A stretch of 32,507 nt of DNA from Planctomycetota bacterium (GCA_003501525.1 DNPI01000041.1:1-32507); one strand, 5' to 3'; positions 23,250 through 32,279 are shown, counted from the stretch's first letter. Program-made: numbers and translations. Notes: generated from the letters alone by a model not told the origin.

Positions 23250-26200
23250 AGGCCTGTTACGTCTGTCCAACTCCGACCAAGCCGAATTTCGTCAATCCAA
23301 GTGGAAACGGATGTTGACCCTATAGATGCGGAGTGCGACTCAAGGCGCAAGCGATCGAAAACGGTAGAAGAATTGCCTCCTGGTCCGATTAATGTCCATT
23401 GATTAGCCCCGACACCTTGGCCGCTTAAAAGAGTGTCGGACAAATGAACGGTGTCGGCGGATGAATCGTATACCTTCATATGAATTTGGTCTTGGTCTAA
23501 GCTACTAGCTGTAATTCTGGCCACGACAAACCAAGTGCAATCCGCCACAGCGGTTCCCCCGGAAACGCTTCCTAAATCGCCTTCTAGTCGCCATTTGCCG
23601 TCTCTGAATCCGATCGAAATTCTGCTACTTCCTCCAGAAGCACTATCTAAGCCGATGAGTCCAACGGGATCGTAAACGCCGGGTTCTCGGTGGATGGCAA
23701 AGGAAAGGTAGTAAACATCATCTCCGCCGAGGTCAAAATCAACAGCAGTGGTGTCTAAGGGTCTTGTACAGACAGTCCCGTCCCATCGACGTTGTGGCCC
23801 TTCGAAAAATCCTCCGGTCTCTACGAAAGGTACGTTGGGTGGATACGCTCCTATAGATCCATTGCGATGGAGATAGCCATGCCCAGCTTGTGCGGCCCAC
23901 GGACCAGAGAATCCTGTGCCGCCTCCTAGACCTCCAAGCTCTTGGCCATCAATGCCCTCTGAGAAAGTTTCGAGAGGATTTACTGTCCAGTCAAAGACAG
24001 TCGTAAATCGCCACATATTTCCTTTGCGGACTTCGCCGGAACTGCCCACTTCGTCTACTCTCCAGTAGTAAGTTGTTAAGGGAGCGAGAGGCCCAGGGTC
24101 AAAAGCAGGGAATGGCCTTGAGCCTTGATATTCTGAAGAAGTGGTGTCGGCGTCTCTTACGGCGGAAAAATTGGTGCCGAAGTAGATGTCGTGAGCTTGA
24201 GTGGATAGACCAGGAATCCAAGCGAGCGTCGCCGTCTGATCTACTGAGCGGGTGCCGTCAGCGGGTGATGGAACCGTGGCCTGTCCTCCAGCTGCTAAGA
24301 GGCCAATTTCAGCCTTGGTCATTCCCCAATTCCAAAGAGTAAATTCATCCATTTGGCCGACGAATCGAGAAGCTCCGTTGCGCGTGGCCACAGGGGCGAG
24401 GCGGACATCGGAGGCCGCAGTATCTAAGTTGAAATCTCCTTGCGCGATTTGTGTCCCATTCTTCCACAGCTTCAGCCGGCCTTTATTGAAAGTAGCTGTG
24501 AGAATCTGCCAAGCGCTTGAATCCCACATCTCTGAGGAAAGAAGCTCCTGGTCTCCCAAGGTGAAGGCGAGAGTGCCATTCCGGACAAGGAAATAGCGGA
24601 GTCCGTTGTTGGATGCTTGAGGGTTCCCAAATCCTCCAAGCCAAGTCTGGTCTGGTGGGGTTTGGTTCCCCATGACATGGAGATTGATGGTCCATGCATC
24701 ACCAGAGCCGGTGGGAACCCCGGAAGCATTGTCGGTTGAGACTTCTGACCAACCATTTACCTCTAAAGCGTTGCCATGGGCAGAGGTTACCCATGAATGT
24801 CCAGGCAGGCCGCTTGGCCCGCTGAAGAATGCCATTTCAGCGCCTCCGAGACGATGGGATGAAGACGGCCTATATCGTTCAATAATTTCCCAACGAATAT
24901 GACGAGCGTCGATGGATGGGAAAGTGTAGAAAGTTGGGCTTCCATGGCCGGTATGGTCGATTTCCACCAGTGGGTCGGAGTTGTCGAAGGAAGAGTCGGT
25001 GCTGAAAATTAGTCGCGATCGACCTGTCCAGTCATTAAAGATAGGGCGATCGAGGTGCATCCAGCCTTGGATGTCGATGATTGCTCCGAAATCACCTTCA
25101 AACCAAGTCCCATGTCCAGGGTTTGTTGTAAAAGGGCTTGTGACTTCCCCGTTGGGCGAAACAAACTGCGTTTCTGCGTTGGAATCGAAAAGGTTGGAGT
25201 GAGGGAAACCGCCAATTGCATTCGAATGAGCAGTGAGCGTGGGAGAATCAACTCTGGCGAGGACTGTCTGAGCGAGGAAGGAGAGCTCATTACCCCCCAA
25301 AGAGGCAAAGGAGTTGCCTGAGTCATAAGCGCTTGTTACTTCCCAGCGAACCCACCGGGCCTGTATTGGGGGGAAGGTGTGGTCTATTTCAGACCCATGA
25401 CCCCAGTGGGATATGTCCACAAAGGGGTCGGAAGAATCAAAAGTAGAGTCTAGGCTGAAAATAAGACGGGATGCTGCTGTCCATTCCCACCAATCCGTCC
25501 GGTCCAAGTGTCTCATCCCGGCAATCTCGACATTCTGAGCGAATTCAAATTCCACCCACGTCCCGTGGCTTGGGTCGGATGAATAGGACCAACCCACCGG
25601 GCCCTGAGCATTAGAGGCAAAGCCTGTATCAGGGTCAGCATCGAGGAGGTTAGCGGCTGAAGTGCCTATGGCAGCATTGGCGTGGCCAATGACAGCAGGG
25701 TTTGCAATCTCAACTAAGACAGATTCAAGCCCGATGGTCCCGCTATTGTTCCTACCCGAAGAATCTGAGGCCAAATCACCGGACGCTTCATCCATCTTCC
25801 ACGACAGGATGAGGTCTTGCCTGGAGACCGCGACTTCGACAATTGAATTTCCGGATAACCCCCCTGGGTCTCCGCCTGTGTACCAGAAAGTGTCTACGTA
25901 CCCTCCAGTCTTTTCAGGATCCGGCGTATAGAGGAGGCGGTCACGCTGCCCCTGCCCGTTCCCGGGGATTAGTCTGACAGTGCCCCCTTTTGCTGTTGTT
26001 GCGTCATAACCAACAATCAGGATGGGGTCATGGTTAATGTCGTAGTCGTTTGCAAGGACGTCGAATATCTGTTCTTGGTCTTTAATCGATGTGACTCGGT
26101 CTGGATCACAGTAGGGTGGAGCGGCAATCTCGTAGGGCGGGACCACGGGCAATCCAAGCCATTCACCTCGCCATTGAACGATGTCGCTCGTTTCAGGGCC

Positions 26201-27226
26201 CAGGAGAAGCCACGCGCCGCACATGGCGCTCCCACCCCAAGGCCAGCAGTCACCGTGTCCGTAGCCCCAGTTGTGGCCGAGTTCGTGGGCCATAATTCCA
26301 GGGCTGTGCCCCCGGTCCCACACCGTAGTGGCGTAGCTCCAGCCTCCAAGGGTGCCGACATATGCAAGTCCTGCGATGCCATCGCCTTGGTAATCCGTTA
26401 ATAGGTAAGCAGTGTCCCGAGGGATGTCCCAATGGTTTGAATCCCAGTCGGAGGCAAAAGTGGATAGGGCATCTCCTGCACTTGTGAAGTTGTAGTAAGG
26501 TTGGTCCCTGACGACTACGGCCGTTAGTTCGTAAACGGTTAGAGCGTCTCGCCCGTAGCACAATTCCACTTGTGCGAGTTGATGTTCTACTCCAGCGACT
26601 GCTCCTGCCACTGTATTGCCTTCTCTCTGGTAGTAGCAATAATCTGCGTCATAAGCGATTTGTGCCTCTCGTATTCGCCATGGGCCAAACCCTGGTGGCG
26701 AGGGGAACAACCAAGATGATGGAGGGGGGATTTGATTTCCCGCTGGGCCATGGGTGGAATTGGTTTCGGGAAGTACAGGGCCAGCTCCTTGAACCCCGCA
26801 GGAATCCGGTTCCATATGCGGGAAAGTTTGCAGCACATGCTGGCCATAAGGTATTCCGCTTCTTTGTCGGGAGAGGGGAATCAGTTGGAGAGGCTTTTCA
26901 CCGTTAGGGAAGTGGAAAACGGCGTGTAATCCATCTTCTCTTAGGGAAGCGGCGATTTGAATTTCCGGGTTATTACGTAGTTGCCCTCGGTAAGTCCGAA
27001 TTGGTGGGCTTGGCGCCTGCTCGTAAGAACCATTTCCATGCACAACACGCACTTGGAAATCAGGAGCACGCAGCGAATGTCGAGTTAGATCGAGAATGCG
27101 TTTTCTGCCTTTGACCTCAACAGCGACAGAAAATGTATTTGGTAGGCCCCTTGGGAGATCAAGGTGCATTTCCCCCAAGGGTTCCTGAGGGGCGAAAAAC
27201 AGCAGAAGGATGGATGGAATTGTCAT
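23246..27226 (-). CDS. giant secreted multidomain protein: ADAM/reprolysin-like (M12B-type metzincin) propeptide and catalytic domain, cadherin/VCBS-like domain, 2 x discoidin-like, LamG, Ig-like, C-terminal LamG-like jelly-roll
   Basis: 1326 aa. The metzincin zinc motif HEXXHXXGXXH is 'HELGHNWGYGH' (26255-26287), with a downstream 'SAMCG' as a possible Met-turn. The propeptide-like N-terminus is 'FSVAVEVKGRKRILDLTRHSLRAPDFQV...LQLIPL', with 'DSCGV' (Cys at 26798-26800). 'IFDVLANDYD' marks a cadherin-like domain. A tandem ~150-aa repeat follows. 'FVGQMDEFTLWNWGMTKAEI' is a LamG signature. 'LAWIPG...TTYYWRVDEV' marks an Ig-like module. The C-terminus ends 'WIDEIRLGRSWTDV'. Confidence 0.75.
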   Translation of the reverse strand: MTIPSILLLFFAPQEPLGEMHLDLPRGLPNTFSVAVEVKGRKRILDLTRHSLRAPDFQVRVVHGNGSYEQAPSPPIRTYRGQLRNNPEIQIAASLREDGLHAVFHFPNGEKPLQLIPLSRQRSGIPYGQHVLQTFPHMEPDSCGVQGAGPVLPETNSTHGPAGNQIPPPSSWLFPSPPGFGPWRIREAQIAYDADYCYYQREGNTVAGAVAGVEHQLAQVELCYGRDALTVYELTAVVVRDQPYYNFTSAGDALSTFASDWDSNHWDIPRDTAYLLTDYQGDGIAGLAYVGTLGGWSYATTVWDRGHSPGIMAHELGHNWGYGHGDCWPWGGSAMCGAWLLLGPETSDIVQWRGEWLGLPVVPPYEIAAPPYCDPDRVTSIKDQEQIFDVLANDYDINHDPILIVGYDATTAKGGTVRLIPGNGQGQRDRLLYTPDPEKTGGYVDTFWYTGGDPGGLSGNSIVEVAVSRQDLILSWKMDEASGDLASDSSGRNNSGTIGLESVLVEIANPAVIGHANAAIGTSAANLLDADPDTGFASNAQGPVGWSYSSDPSHGTWVEFEFAQNVEIAGMRHLDRTDWWEWTAASRLIFSLDSTFDSSDPFVDISHWGHGSEIDHTFPPIQARWVRWEVTSAYDSGNSFASLGGNELSFLAQTVLARVDSPTLTAHSNAIGGFPHSNLFDSNAETQFVSPNGEVTSPFTTNPGHGTWFEGDFGAIIDIQGWMHLDRPIFNDWTGRSRLIFSTDSSFDNSDPLVEIDHTGHGSPTFYTFPSIDARHIRWEIIERYRPSSSHRLGGAEMAFFSGPSGLPGHSWVTSAHGNALEVNGWSEVSTDNASGVPTGSGDAWTINLHVMGNQTPPDQTWLGGFGNPQASNNGLRYFLVRNGTLAFTLGDQELLSSEMWDSSAWQILTATFNKGRLKLWKNGTQIAQGDFNLDTAASDVRLAPVATRNGASRFVGQMDEFTLWNWGMTKAEIGLLAAGGQATVPSPADGTRSVDQTATLAWIPGLSTQAHDIYFGTNFSAVRDADTTSSEYQGSRPFPAFDPGPLAPLTTYYWRVDEVGSSGEVRKGNMWRFTTVFDWTVNPLETFSEGIDGQELGGLGGGTGFSGPWAAQAGHGYLHRNGSIGAYPPNVPFVETGGFFEGPQRRWDGTVCTRPLDTTAVDFDLGGDDVYYLSFAIHREPGVYDPVGLIGLDSASGGSSRISIGFRDGKWRLEGDLGSVSGGTAVADCTWFVVARITASSLDQDQIHMKVYDSSADTVHLSDTLLSGQGVGANQWTLIGPGGNSSTVFDRLRLESHSASIGSTSVSTWIDEIRLGRSWTDVTGL
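24818..25714 (-). repeat. tandem duplication of a ~150-aa discoidin/galactose-binding-like module inside the 1326-aa CDS (aa ~505-653 and ~654-803)
   Basis: By-eye alignment: 'HGTWVEFEFAQNVEIAGMRHLDRTDWWEWTAASRLIFSLDSTFDSSDPFVDISHWGHGSEIDHTFPPIQARWVRWEV' vs 'HGTWFEGDFGAIIDIQGWMHLDRPIFNDWTGRSRLIFSTDSSFDNSDPLVEIDHTGHGSPTFYTFPSIDARHIRWEI'. About half the positions are identical. Confidence 0.7.
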
Positions 27227-27315
27227 TTTTGCTCGTCCAGCACAATTCTACCTCCTAATGAGATATCTGCTTATTCTGTAGCTCTTCTGCGGAGGTAGTG
27301 AGGAGTGTTGATTAA

Positions 27316-28287
27316 TTAGGGTGACTTTACCCGAGGATTGTCATCCAATATTTTGAAATGCTCGGACTGAAAAAGTGCTTTGCCCCCGAATAGATTATTC
27401 TCAAGCCAGGATATCGCGCGATACTTGACTCGGTCATGCTTGTGGGTCGGGGCGGTGTGCCCATTCGGCGTGGTCTCGTATAGGGAGTTGCGCCAATCAA
27501 GGGTGGCAATCTTTTCTTTCATAACGGCGGGGTGGCTTCCCGAATAGCGAGGGATTAAAGCAAGGGGACCGTAGTCAAAATCTTTCGCCTGGGTGGCGGA
27601 CATTTTTTGGGCCCTTTCGGCTCCGAGGTGATTCTCGGTGAAGTAGACGCGTTTCTTTTGCATCGCTGAAGGGGGGCGAACCCAGCCATAATGAAAAATT
27701 CGAGCATTTGCCGCTACAGCGGTTAGCTTTTTAGTCCCTTTCTTTTGTCGATAGGAGACACCGTCGAAATTAGGAATTCTTCGGAAGCTTTGAGCTGAGC
27801 GAAAACTGTGGATTCCGGGGTCGTTTCGCACCAGGCGGATTTCCCGTTTGTACCAGGCATGATTTTTGTGCACATGGTCATAATCGCCCCAAAAGTGAAG
27901 GTAGTCAAAAACCATTGCTTCGACTCGATCATCTGTTAACCACCGTTCGCAATTTTGGCGCAATTGAGGTACATCCTTTTCGTGAAGCACTTCGTCACCT
28001 TGGAGGTATAGGAGCCAATCGCCTGTGCATTTCTCCTTTGCGAGATCGGTTTGATGCGCATGCTCCATTCCGCGGGGGAATTTTTCTAAATCCCAGACGG
28101 TGTCAAAAAGGACTATCTTGTCGGAGTTCAGGGCTTCAATCCTTTGTCGGCTATCGTCGTCCGGGTCTGAATCTCCCAGTGCTATCACAAATTCATCGAC
28201 CAAGTCCAATGCGGATTGAATGCTTTCCAGAATTGGATAATGGAGTTTGTGGGCGTTACGCAGGAAGGTGAATCCACTGAGTCGCAT
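27316..28287 (-). CDS. glycosyltransferase family 2-like protein (tentative)
   Basis: 323 aa with no signal peptide. The N-terminus 'MRLSGFTFLRNAHKLHYPILESIQSALDLVDEFVIALGDSDPDDDS' and the acidic 'LYLQGDEVL' motif resemble a widespread class of small GT2-annotated proteins. This is recalled, not searched. Confidence 0.45.
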   Translation of the reverse strand: MRLSGFTFLRNAHKLHYPILESIQSALDLVDEFVIALGDSDPDDDSRQRIEALNSDKIVLFDTVWDLEKFPRGMEHAHQTDLAKEKCTGDWLLYLQGDEVLHEKDVPQLRQNCERWLTDDRVEAMVFDYLHFWGDYDHVHKNHAWYKREIRLVRNDPGIHSFRSAQSFRRIPNFDGVSYRQKKGTKKLTAVAANARIFHYGWVRPPSAMQKKRVYFTENHLGAERAQKMSATQAKDFDYGPLALIPRYSGSHPAVMKEKIATLDWRNSLYETTPNGHTAPTHKHDRVKYRAISWLENNLFGGKALFQSEHFKILDDNPRVKSP

Positions 28288-28412
28288 TGGCAGCAGGATA
28301 GGGTCTCGGTGCGAATGCTTGGAATTGAGGATTCTTTATCGCCCAAGAGGCTTCAGTATGAGTTAATCTGGAGATGCCCCTGTTCGCTTCAAACCCCTCT
28401 AAGTATTGTTCC
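28288..28412. promoter_or_regulatory. divergent intergenic region between the GT2-like gene (-) and the PQQ-type dehydrogenase gene (+)
   Basis: 125-nt non-coding spacer between divergently oriented start codons, so promoters are presumed to lie here. No consensus elements could be assigned by eye. Confidence 0.2.
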
Positions 28413-29879
28413 ATGATGCGCTTTATTCTTTCGGCTTTGGTTGCCTTCGCTTGTATGGCAACGCCTGTTTCCGCCCAAAAAATTCAAACTGAGCTTTTTG
28501 CCAGTGGCTTTTCGCGGCCGGTTGCCCTGACTGCCCCCGATGGGGACCTGGAAAGGGTTTTTGTTTGTGAGCAGTACACCGGTCGTATCGAGATTGTTAA
28601 AAATGGGACAGTTTTGTCTACGGCGTTCTTAGATCTCGCATCGATTAGCCAAGGCAGCGAACAAGGACTGCTGGGCTTGGCCTTTCATCCGGACTATGAC
28701 CAGAATGGCTATTTCTTTGTCAACTACACAAACTCATCGGGGAATACTCGTGTGGTGCGCTACAAAGTTTCGTCGACTAATCCTGATGTAGCAGATGCGA
28801 ATAGCGCTACGACAATCCTTTCGGTTAGTCAGCCATTCTCGAATCATAATGGTGGGCACATAGCTTTCGGGCCTGATGGATATTTATATATCGGCTTAGG
28901 CGATGGAGGCAGTGGCGGTGATCCTTACGGCAATGGCCAGAAGGGGACCACAATGTTGGGCAAAATGCTGCGCATTGATGTTGACAGTGGCAATCCGTAC
29001 GCAATCCCACCAACTAATCCATTTGTGGGGAACTCCAGCTTCTTGGACGAGATTTGGGCTTATGGGCTGCGGAATCCTTGGCGTTATTCGTTTGACCGCC
29101 AGACCGGCGATCTTTGGATAGGAGATGTCGGACAGAATGCTTGGGAAGAAATTGATTTCCAGCCAGCATCTTCTGCTGGTGGCGAAAACTACGGCTGGCG
29201 CTGTCGCGAAGGTAACCACAACTACAACACTTCTGGTTGCAGCGGCGGTTATACCGCCCCTTTCTACGAGTACAGCCAGAGCAGCGGCACTCCACGAGGG
29301 TGGTGCGTAACCGGGGGTGTTTGCTATCGAGGCACAGACTTGCTCGGCATCCAAGGCACCTATTTCTTTGCTGATTACAGTGCCAATTGGATTTGGTCTT
29401 TTCAGCGGGACACCTCTGGAAGTTTGGTTGACCTACAGAATCGGACTACGGAATTAGACCCTCCGGGCAATCTTTCAATCCGCTACATCTCTTCCTTCGG
29501 AGAGGATGGTAAAGGGGAGGTCTATATTCTTGACCGATCGGGTGGGGAAGTATTCAAGATAATCCCTGATTTCATTGATCTGCAGGTTCCGACTCTTGTT
29601 GCCGGTAGTAGTGCAACCATCACTCTTGCCGATGCCACTCCTAATGCGCAGGTCTATTTGGTTTACAGCATGAATGGGCTCAGCTTGACGGAGATTGCTC
29701 AGCTTGACATCACAATGGTTCTCAAAAACCCTCGTCTTGCTGCTACGCGCACGGCTACGCCAGCAGGGGCCGCTTCATTTAATGTTAATGTCCCGGCCGG
29801 GGCTTTTGGGCGTAATGTCTGGATTCAGGCTGCCGAGATGGGCAACGTTTCCAACTTAGCGATAGTTACCGTCCAATAA
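28413..29879 (+). CDS. secreted PQQ-dependent sugar (glucose/sorbosone) dehydrogenase-like beta-propeller with ~100-aa C-terminal beta-sandwich extension
   Basis: Start chosen at ATG 28413 ('MMRFILSALVAFACMATPVSAQ' signal peptide). GSDH-family motifs seen: 'GLLGLAFHPDYDQNGYFFVNYT', 'HNGGHIAFGPDGYLYIGLGDGGSGGDP', 'GLRNPWRYSFDRQTGDLWIGDVGQNAWEEI', 'ENYGW'. Confidence 0.75.
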   Translation: MMRFILSALVAFACMATPVSAQKIQTELFASGFSRPVALTAPDGDLERVFVCEQYTGRIEIVKNGTVLSTAFLDLASISQGSEQGLLGLAFHPDYDQNGYFFVNYTNSSGNTRVVRYKVSSTNPDVADANSATTILSVSQPFSNHNGGHIAFGPDGYLYIGLGDGGSGGDPYGNGQKGTTMLGKMLRIDVDSGNPYAIPPTNPFVGNSSFLDEIWAYGLRNPWRYSFDRQTGDLWIGDVGQNAWEEIDFQPASSAGGENYGWRCREGNHNYNTSGCSGGYTAPFYEYSQSSGTPRGWCVTGGVCYRGTDLLGIQGTYFFADYSANWIWSFQRDTSGSLVDLQNRTTELDPPGNLSIRYISSFGEDGKGEVYILDRSGGEVFKIIPDFIDLQVPTLVAGSSATITLADATPNAQVYLVYSMNGLSLTEIAQLDITMVLKNPRLAATRTATPAGAASFNVNVPAGAFGRNVWIQAAEMGNVSNLAIVTVQ

Positions 29880-29884
29880 TCGGT

Positions 29885-31558
29885 TTACGAGAGTCCGATT
29901 ACGGTCCCGTCTTCGAGCAGGTCGATGCCTGTGGCCATAGGTTCTCGTGGAAGGCCTGGCATTCTCAAAATGAGACCTGTAAGGACCACTAGGAATCCGG
30001 CTCCAGCGCAGACTTGAATTTCCCGCACTGTTACTTCGAAATCATGTGGGCGGCCTCTTAGGGAGGGGTCGTCTGATAGAGAACTTGGTGCCTTTGCGAT
30101 ACAGATTGGCAGGCCTTCGTAGCCGAGGTTCTTAATCTCCATGAGGTCTTTTTCAGCCTTCTTGGTGTATTCCACATCTCGGGCACCGTAAACCTTTTGG
30201 GCAACCTTAAGAATTTTATCGGGGACCGAATCTGCCAAATCGTATAAAGGTGCCCATGGCGAACGGTCATCTGCAGCGGCTTCTATTAAAGCCTTGGCAA
30301 GGTCTTCGGCTCCTTCACCTCCACGTGCATAGTGGTCAGATACGGCAAAACGAACCCCGAGGTTTTCGCAGCAGGCGCGAACCACTTCGATTTCTTCTTC
30401 TTGGTCGCCGGCAAAACGATTTAATGCTACGACTGGCTCCATGCCGAAATGGCGCACATTTTCTACATGCTTTTCAAGATTGGGTAGGCCGGAGCTCACG
30501 GCTTCGGTGTCAGGTGCATCAAGTTGGCTGACATCTTTGCCGCCGTGCATTTTTAGCGCTCGCAGAGTTGAGACCAGAACGACTAAATCTGGGTCTAGTC
30601 CAGCCGTCCGGCACTTGATGTCGAAAAATTTCTCAGCGCCTAAGTCGAATCCGAATCCAGCTTCGGTTACAGCCCAGTCGGCTAGATGCATTGCCGTACG
30701 TGTGGCTAGCACGCTGTTGCAGCCGTGCGCAATATTGGCAAAAGGTCCGCCGTGGATTAACGCGGGTACGCCTTCAAGCGTTTGCACTAAGTTAGGGTGC
30801 AGGGCATCTCGTAAGAGTGCGAGCATGGCTCCAGTTACTTCTAATGACTCGGCGAGGACGGGCTCCCCTTCGTAGGAGAAACCAACCAGAGTGCGGTTGA
30901 TGCGCTCTCGTAAATCCTCGAAGTTCTCCGCTAGGCAAAGCATGGCCATTACTTCTGATGCTGCAGTAATGTCGAATCCCCCCTCACGCGGCATCCCTTG
31001 TGTTCGGCCACCTAAGCCCATTACTAAATGTCGGAGGGAGCGATCGTTCATGTCTAGCACGCGCCGCCACAGAACTCTTCTAGGATCCAGCCGTGGTTTT
31101 TTCCCGAAATACAGGTGGTTATCAAGAGCTGCCGAAAGCAAGTTGTTTGCACTAGTAATTGCGTGAAAGTCTCCAGTGAAGTGCAAATTAATGCGGTCTG
31201 CCGGCAAAACTTGACTGTAGCCGCCGCCTGTTGCTCCGCCCTTCATGCCCATGCAGGGGCCTAGAGAAGGTTCACGTAAGGCGAGGCACACAGACTCTCC
31301 GAGTCGACCGAGTGCTTGGCCGAGGCCAATAGTGGTTGTGGTTTTCCCTTCACCAGCAGGGGTTGGCGTAATTGCTGAGACTAGGACGAGTTTCGATTTC
31401 CCAGCTCGTTGTCGCGGTTTTTCTAGGATTCGGTGGTGCACCTTTGCCATTGAGTTGCCGTAAGAGATGAGATCTTCGGGAGGGACCCCGAGATCGTTGG
31501 CAATGTCGGAAATATGGCGTGGAGATACCTCTGCGGCGATGTCGACGTCTGTCTTCAT
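29885..31558 (-). CDS. fhs: formate--tetrahydrofolate ligase
   Basis: Classic Fhs P-loop 'SAITPTPAGEGKTTTTIGL', plus 'PCMGMKGGATGGGY', 'GGPFANIAHGCNS' and length. ATG at 31558 ('MKTDVDIAAEV...') is preferred over the TTG at 31567 in the ORF track. Confidence 0.95.
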   Translation of the reverse strand: MKTDVDIAAEVSPRHISDIANDLGVPPEDLISYGNSMAKVHHRILEKPRQRAGKSKLVLVSAITPTPAGEGKTTTTIGLGQALGRLGESVCLALREPSLGPCMGMKGGATGGGYSQVLPADRINLHFTGDFHAITSANNLLSAALDNHLYFGKKPRLDPRRVLWRRVLDMNDRSLRHLVMGLGGRTQGMPREGGFDITAASEVMAMLCLAENFEDLRERINRTLVGFSYEGEPVLAESLEVTGAMLALLRDALHPNLVQTLEGVPALIHGGPFANIAHGCNSVLATRTAMHLADWAVTEAGFGFDLGAEKFFDIKCRTAGLDPDLVVLVSTLRALKMHGGKDVSQLDAPDTEAVSSGLPNLEKHVENVRHFGMEPVVALNRFAGDQEEEIEVVRACCENLGVRFAVSDHYARGGEGAEDLAKALIEAAADDRSPWAPLYDLADSVPDKILKVAQKVYGARDVEYTKKAEKDLMEIKNLGYEGLPICIAKAPSSLSDDPSLRGRPHDFEVTVREIQVCAGAGFLVVLTGLILRMPGLPREPMATGIDLLEDGTVIGLS

Positions 31559-31592
31559 AGGGGGCAAAGTCTAACGAACGGGGGGCATCCTT

Positions 31593-32279
31593 ATGCTGAT
31601 AGGCATGACAGGCATTGAAATACTATTGGGGATAGGAGTATTAGCTTTAATTGGTTTAGGTATCTGGTATGGATGGAAGAAGGAGCAAGAACGCCGCCGC
31701 CTTTTTCAAGAGTGGGCTGATGCAAACAATTGGAGCTATGCCCATGGGCGCAATAAGGAAATATATGGACGATTTGGATTTCTTGACAGGACGAATCAGG
31801 GGCACTCTCGCTATGCGATACATGTTTTAGAGGGGGAGTGGCAAGGCCGAGAGGCTGTTGCTTTTACTTTCCATTACGCCGTTACGCACCATGACGGCAA
31901 GAGGACAAGGACCTCTCATCACTATTTCGGGGTTACCCTGATGCGACTTGAAAAATCTTTCCCGGAGTTGAAGGTTTCCCCTGAGAGTTTTTTTCACAAA
32001 ATCGGTCACGCACTCGGAATGCAGGACATCGATTTCGAATCAATTGATTTCTCGAAGAGCTACGAGGTTAAGTGCTCCGAAAAGAAGTTCGCTTATGACT
32101 TTTTCCATACTCGCATGATGGAGGATTTTCTTGCCCACAAGGGGACAGCTATGGAGCTTGAGGGTGAATGGATTGCCCTATTTGATAAAGGGAAACTTGA
32201 ACCGCACGAACTTGAACCGTGTCTAGATCGCCTTATTCGCATTCGTGAGCAGATGCCTCGCTACCTTTTCAAGAATTAG
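31593..32279 (+). CDS. N-terminally membrane-anchored protein of unknown function (possibly DUF3137-like)
   Basis: 228-aa ORF with a single N-terminal TM segment 'IEILLGIGVLALIGLGIWYGW' followed by a soluble domain. It sits immediately upstream of lemA, a context I recall for DUF3137-type proteins. Alternative ATG at 31605. Confidence 0.4.
   Translation: MLIGMTGIEILLGIGVLALIGLGIWYGWKKEQERRRLFQEWADANNWSYAHGRNKEIYGRFGFLDRTNQGHSRYAIHVLEGEWQGREAVAFTFHYAVTHHDGKRTRTSHHYFGVTLMRLEKSFPELKVSPESFFHKIGHALGMQDIDFESIDFSKSYEVKCSEKKFAYDFFHTRMMEDFLAHKGTAMELEGEWIALFDKGKLEPHELEPCLDRLIRIREQMPRYLFKN

Noticed and set aside
27248-27298. Inverted repeat CTACCTCC ... GGAGGTAG (8-bp arms, 35-nt loop, containing the palindrome AGATATCT at 27261-27268) between the GT2-like gene and the giant protease gene
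   Set aside because: The stem is short, the loop is long, and there is no U-tract, so it is not a convincing terminator. The GGAGG on the minus strand is more than 20 nt from the ATG, too far to act as a sequestered ribosome-binding site. I note it only as a possible operator.
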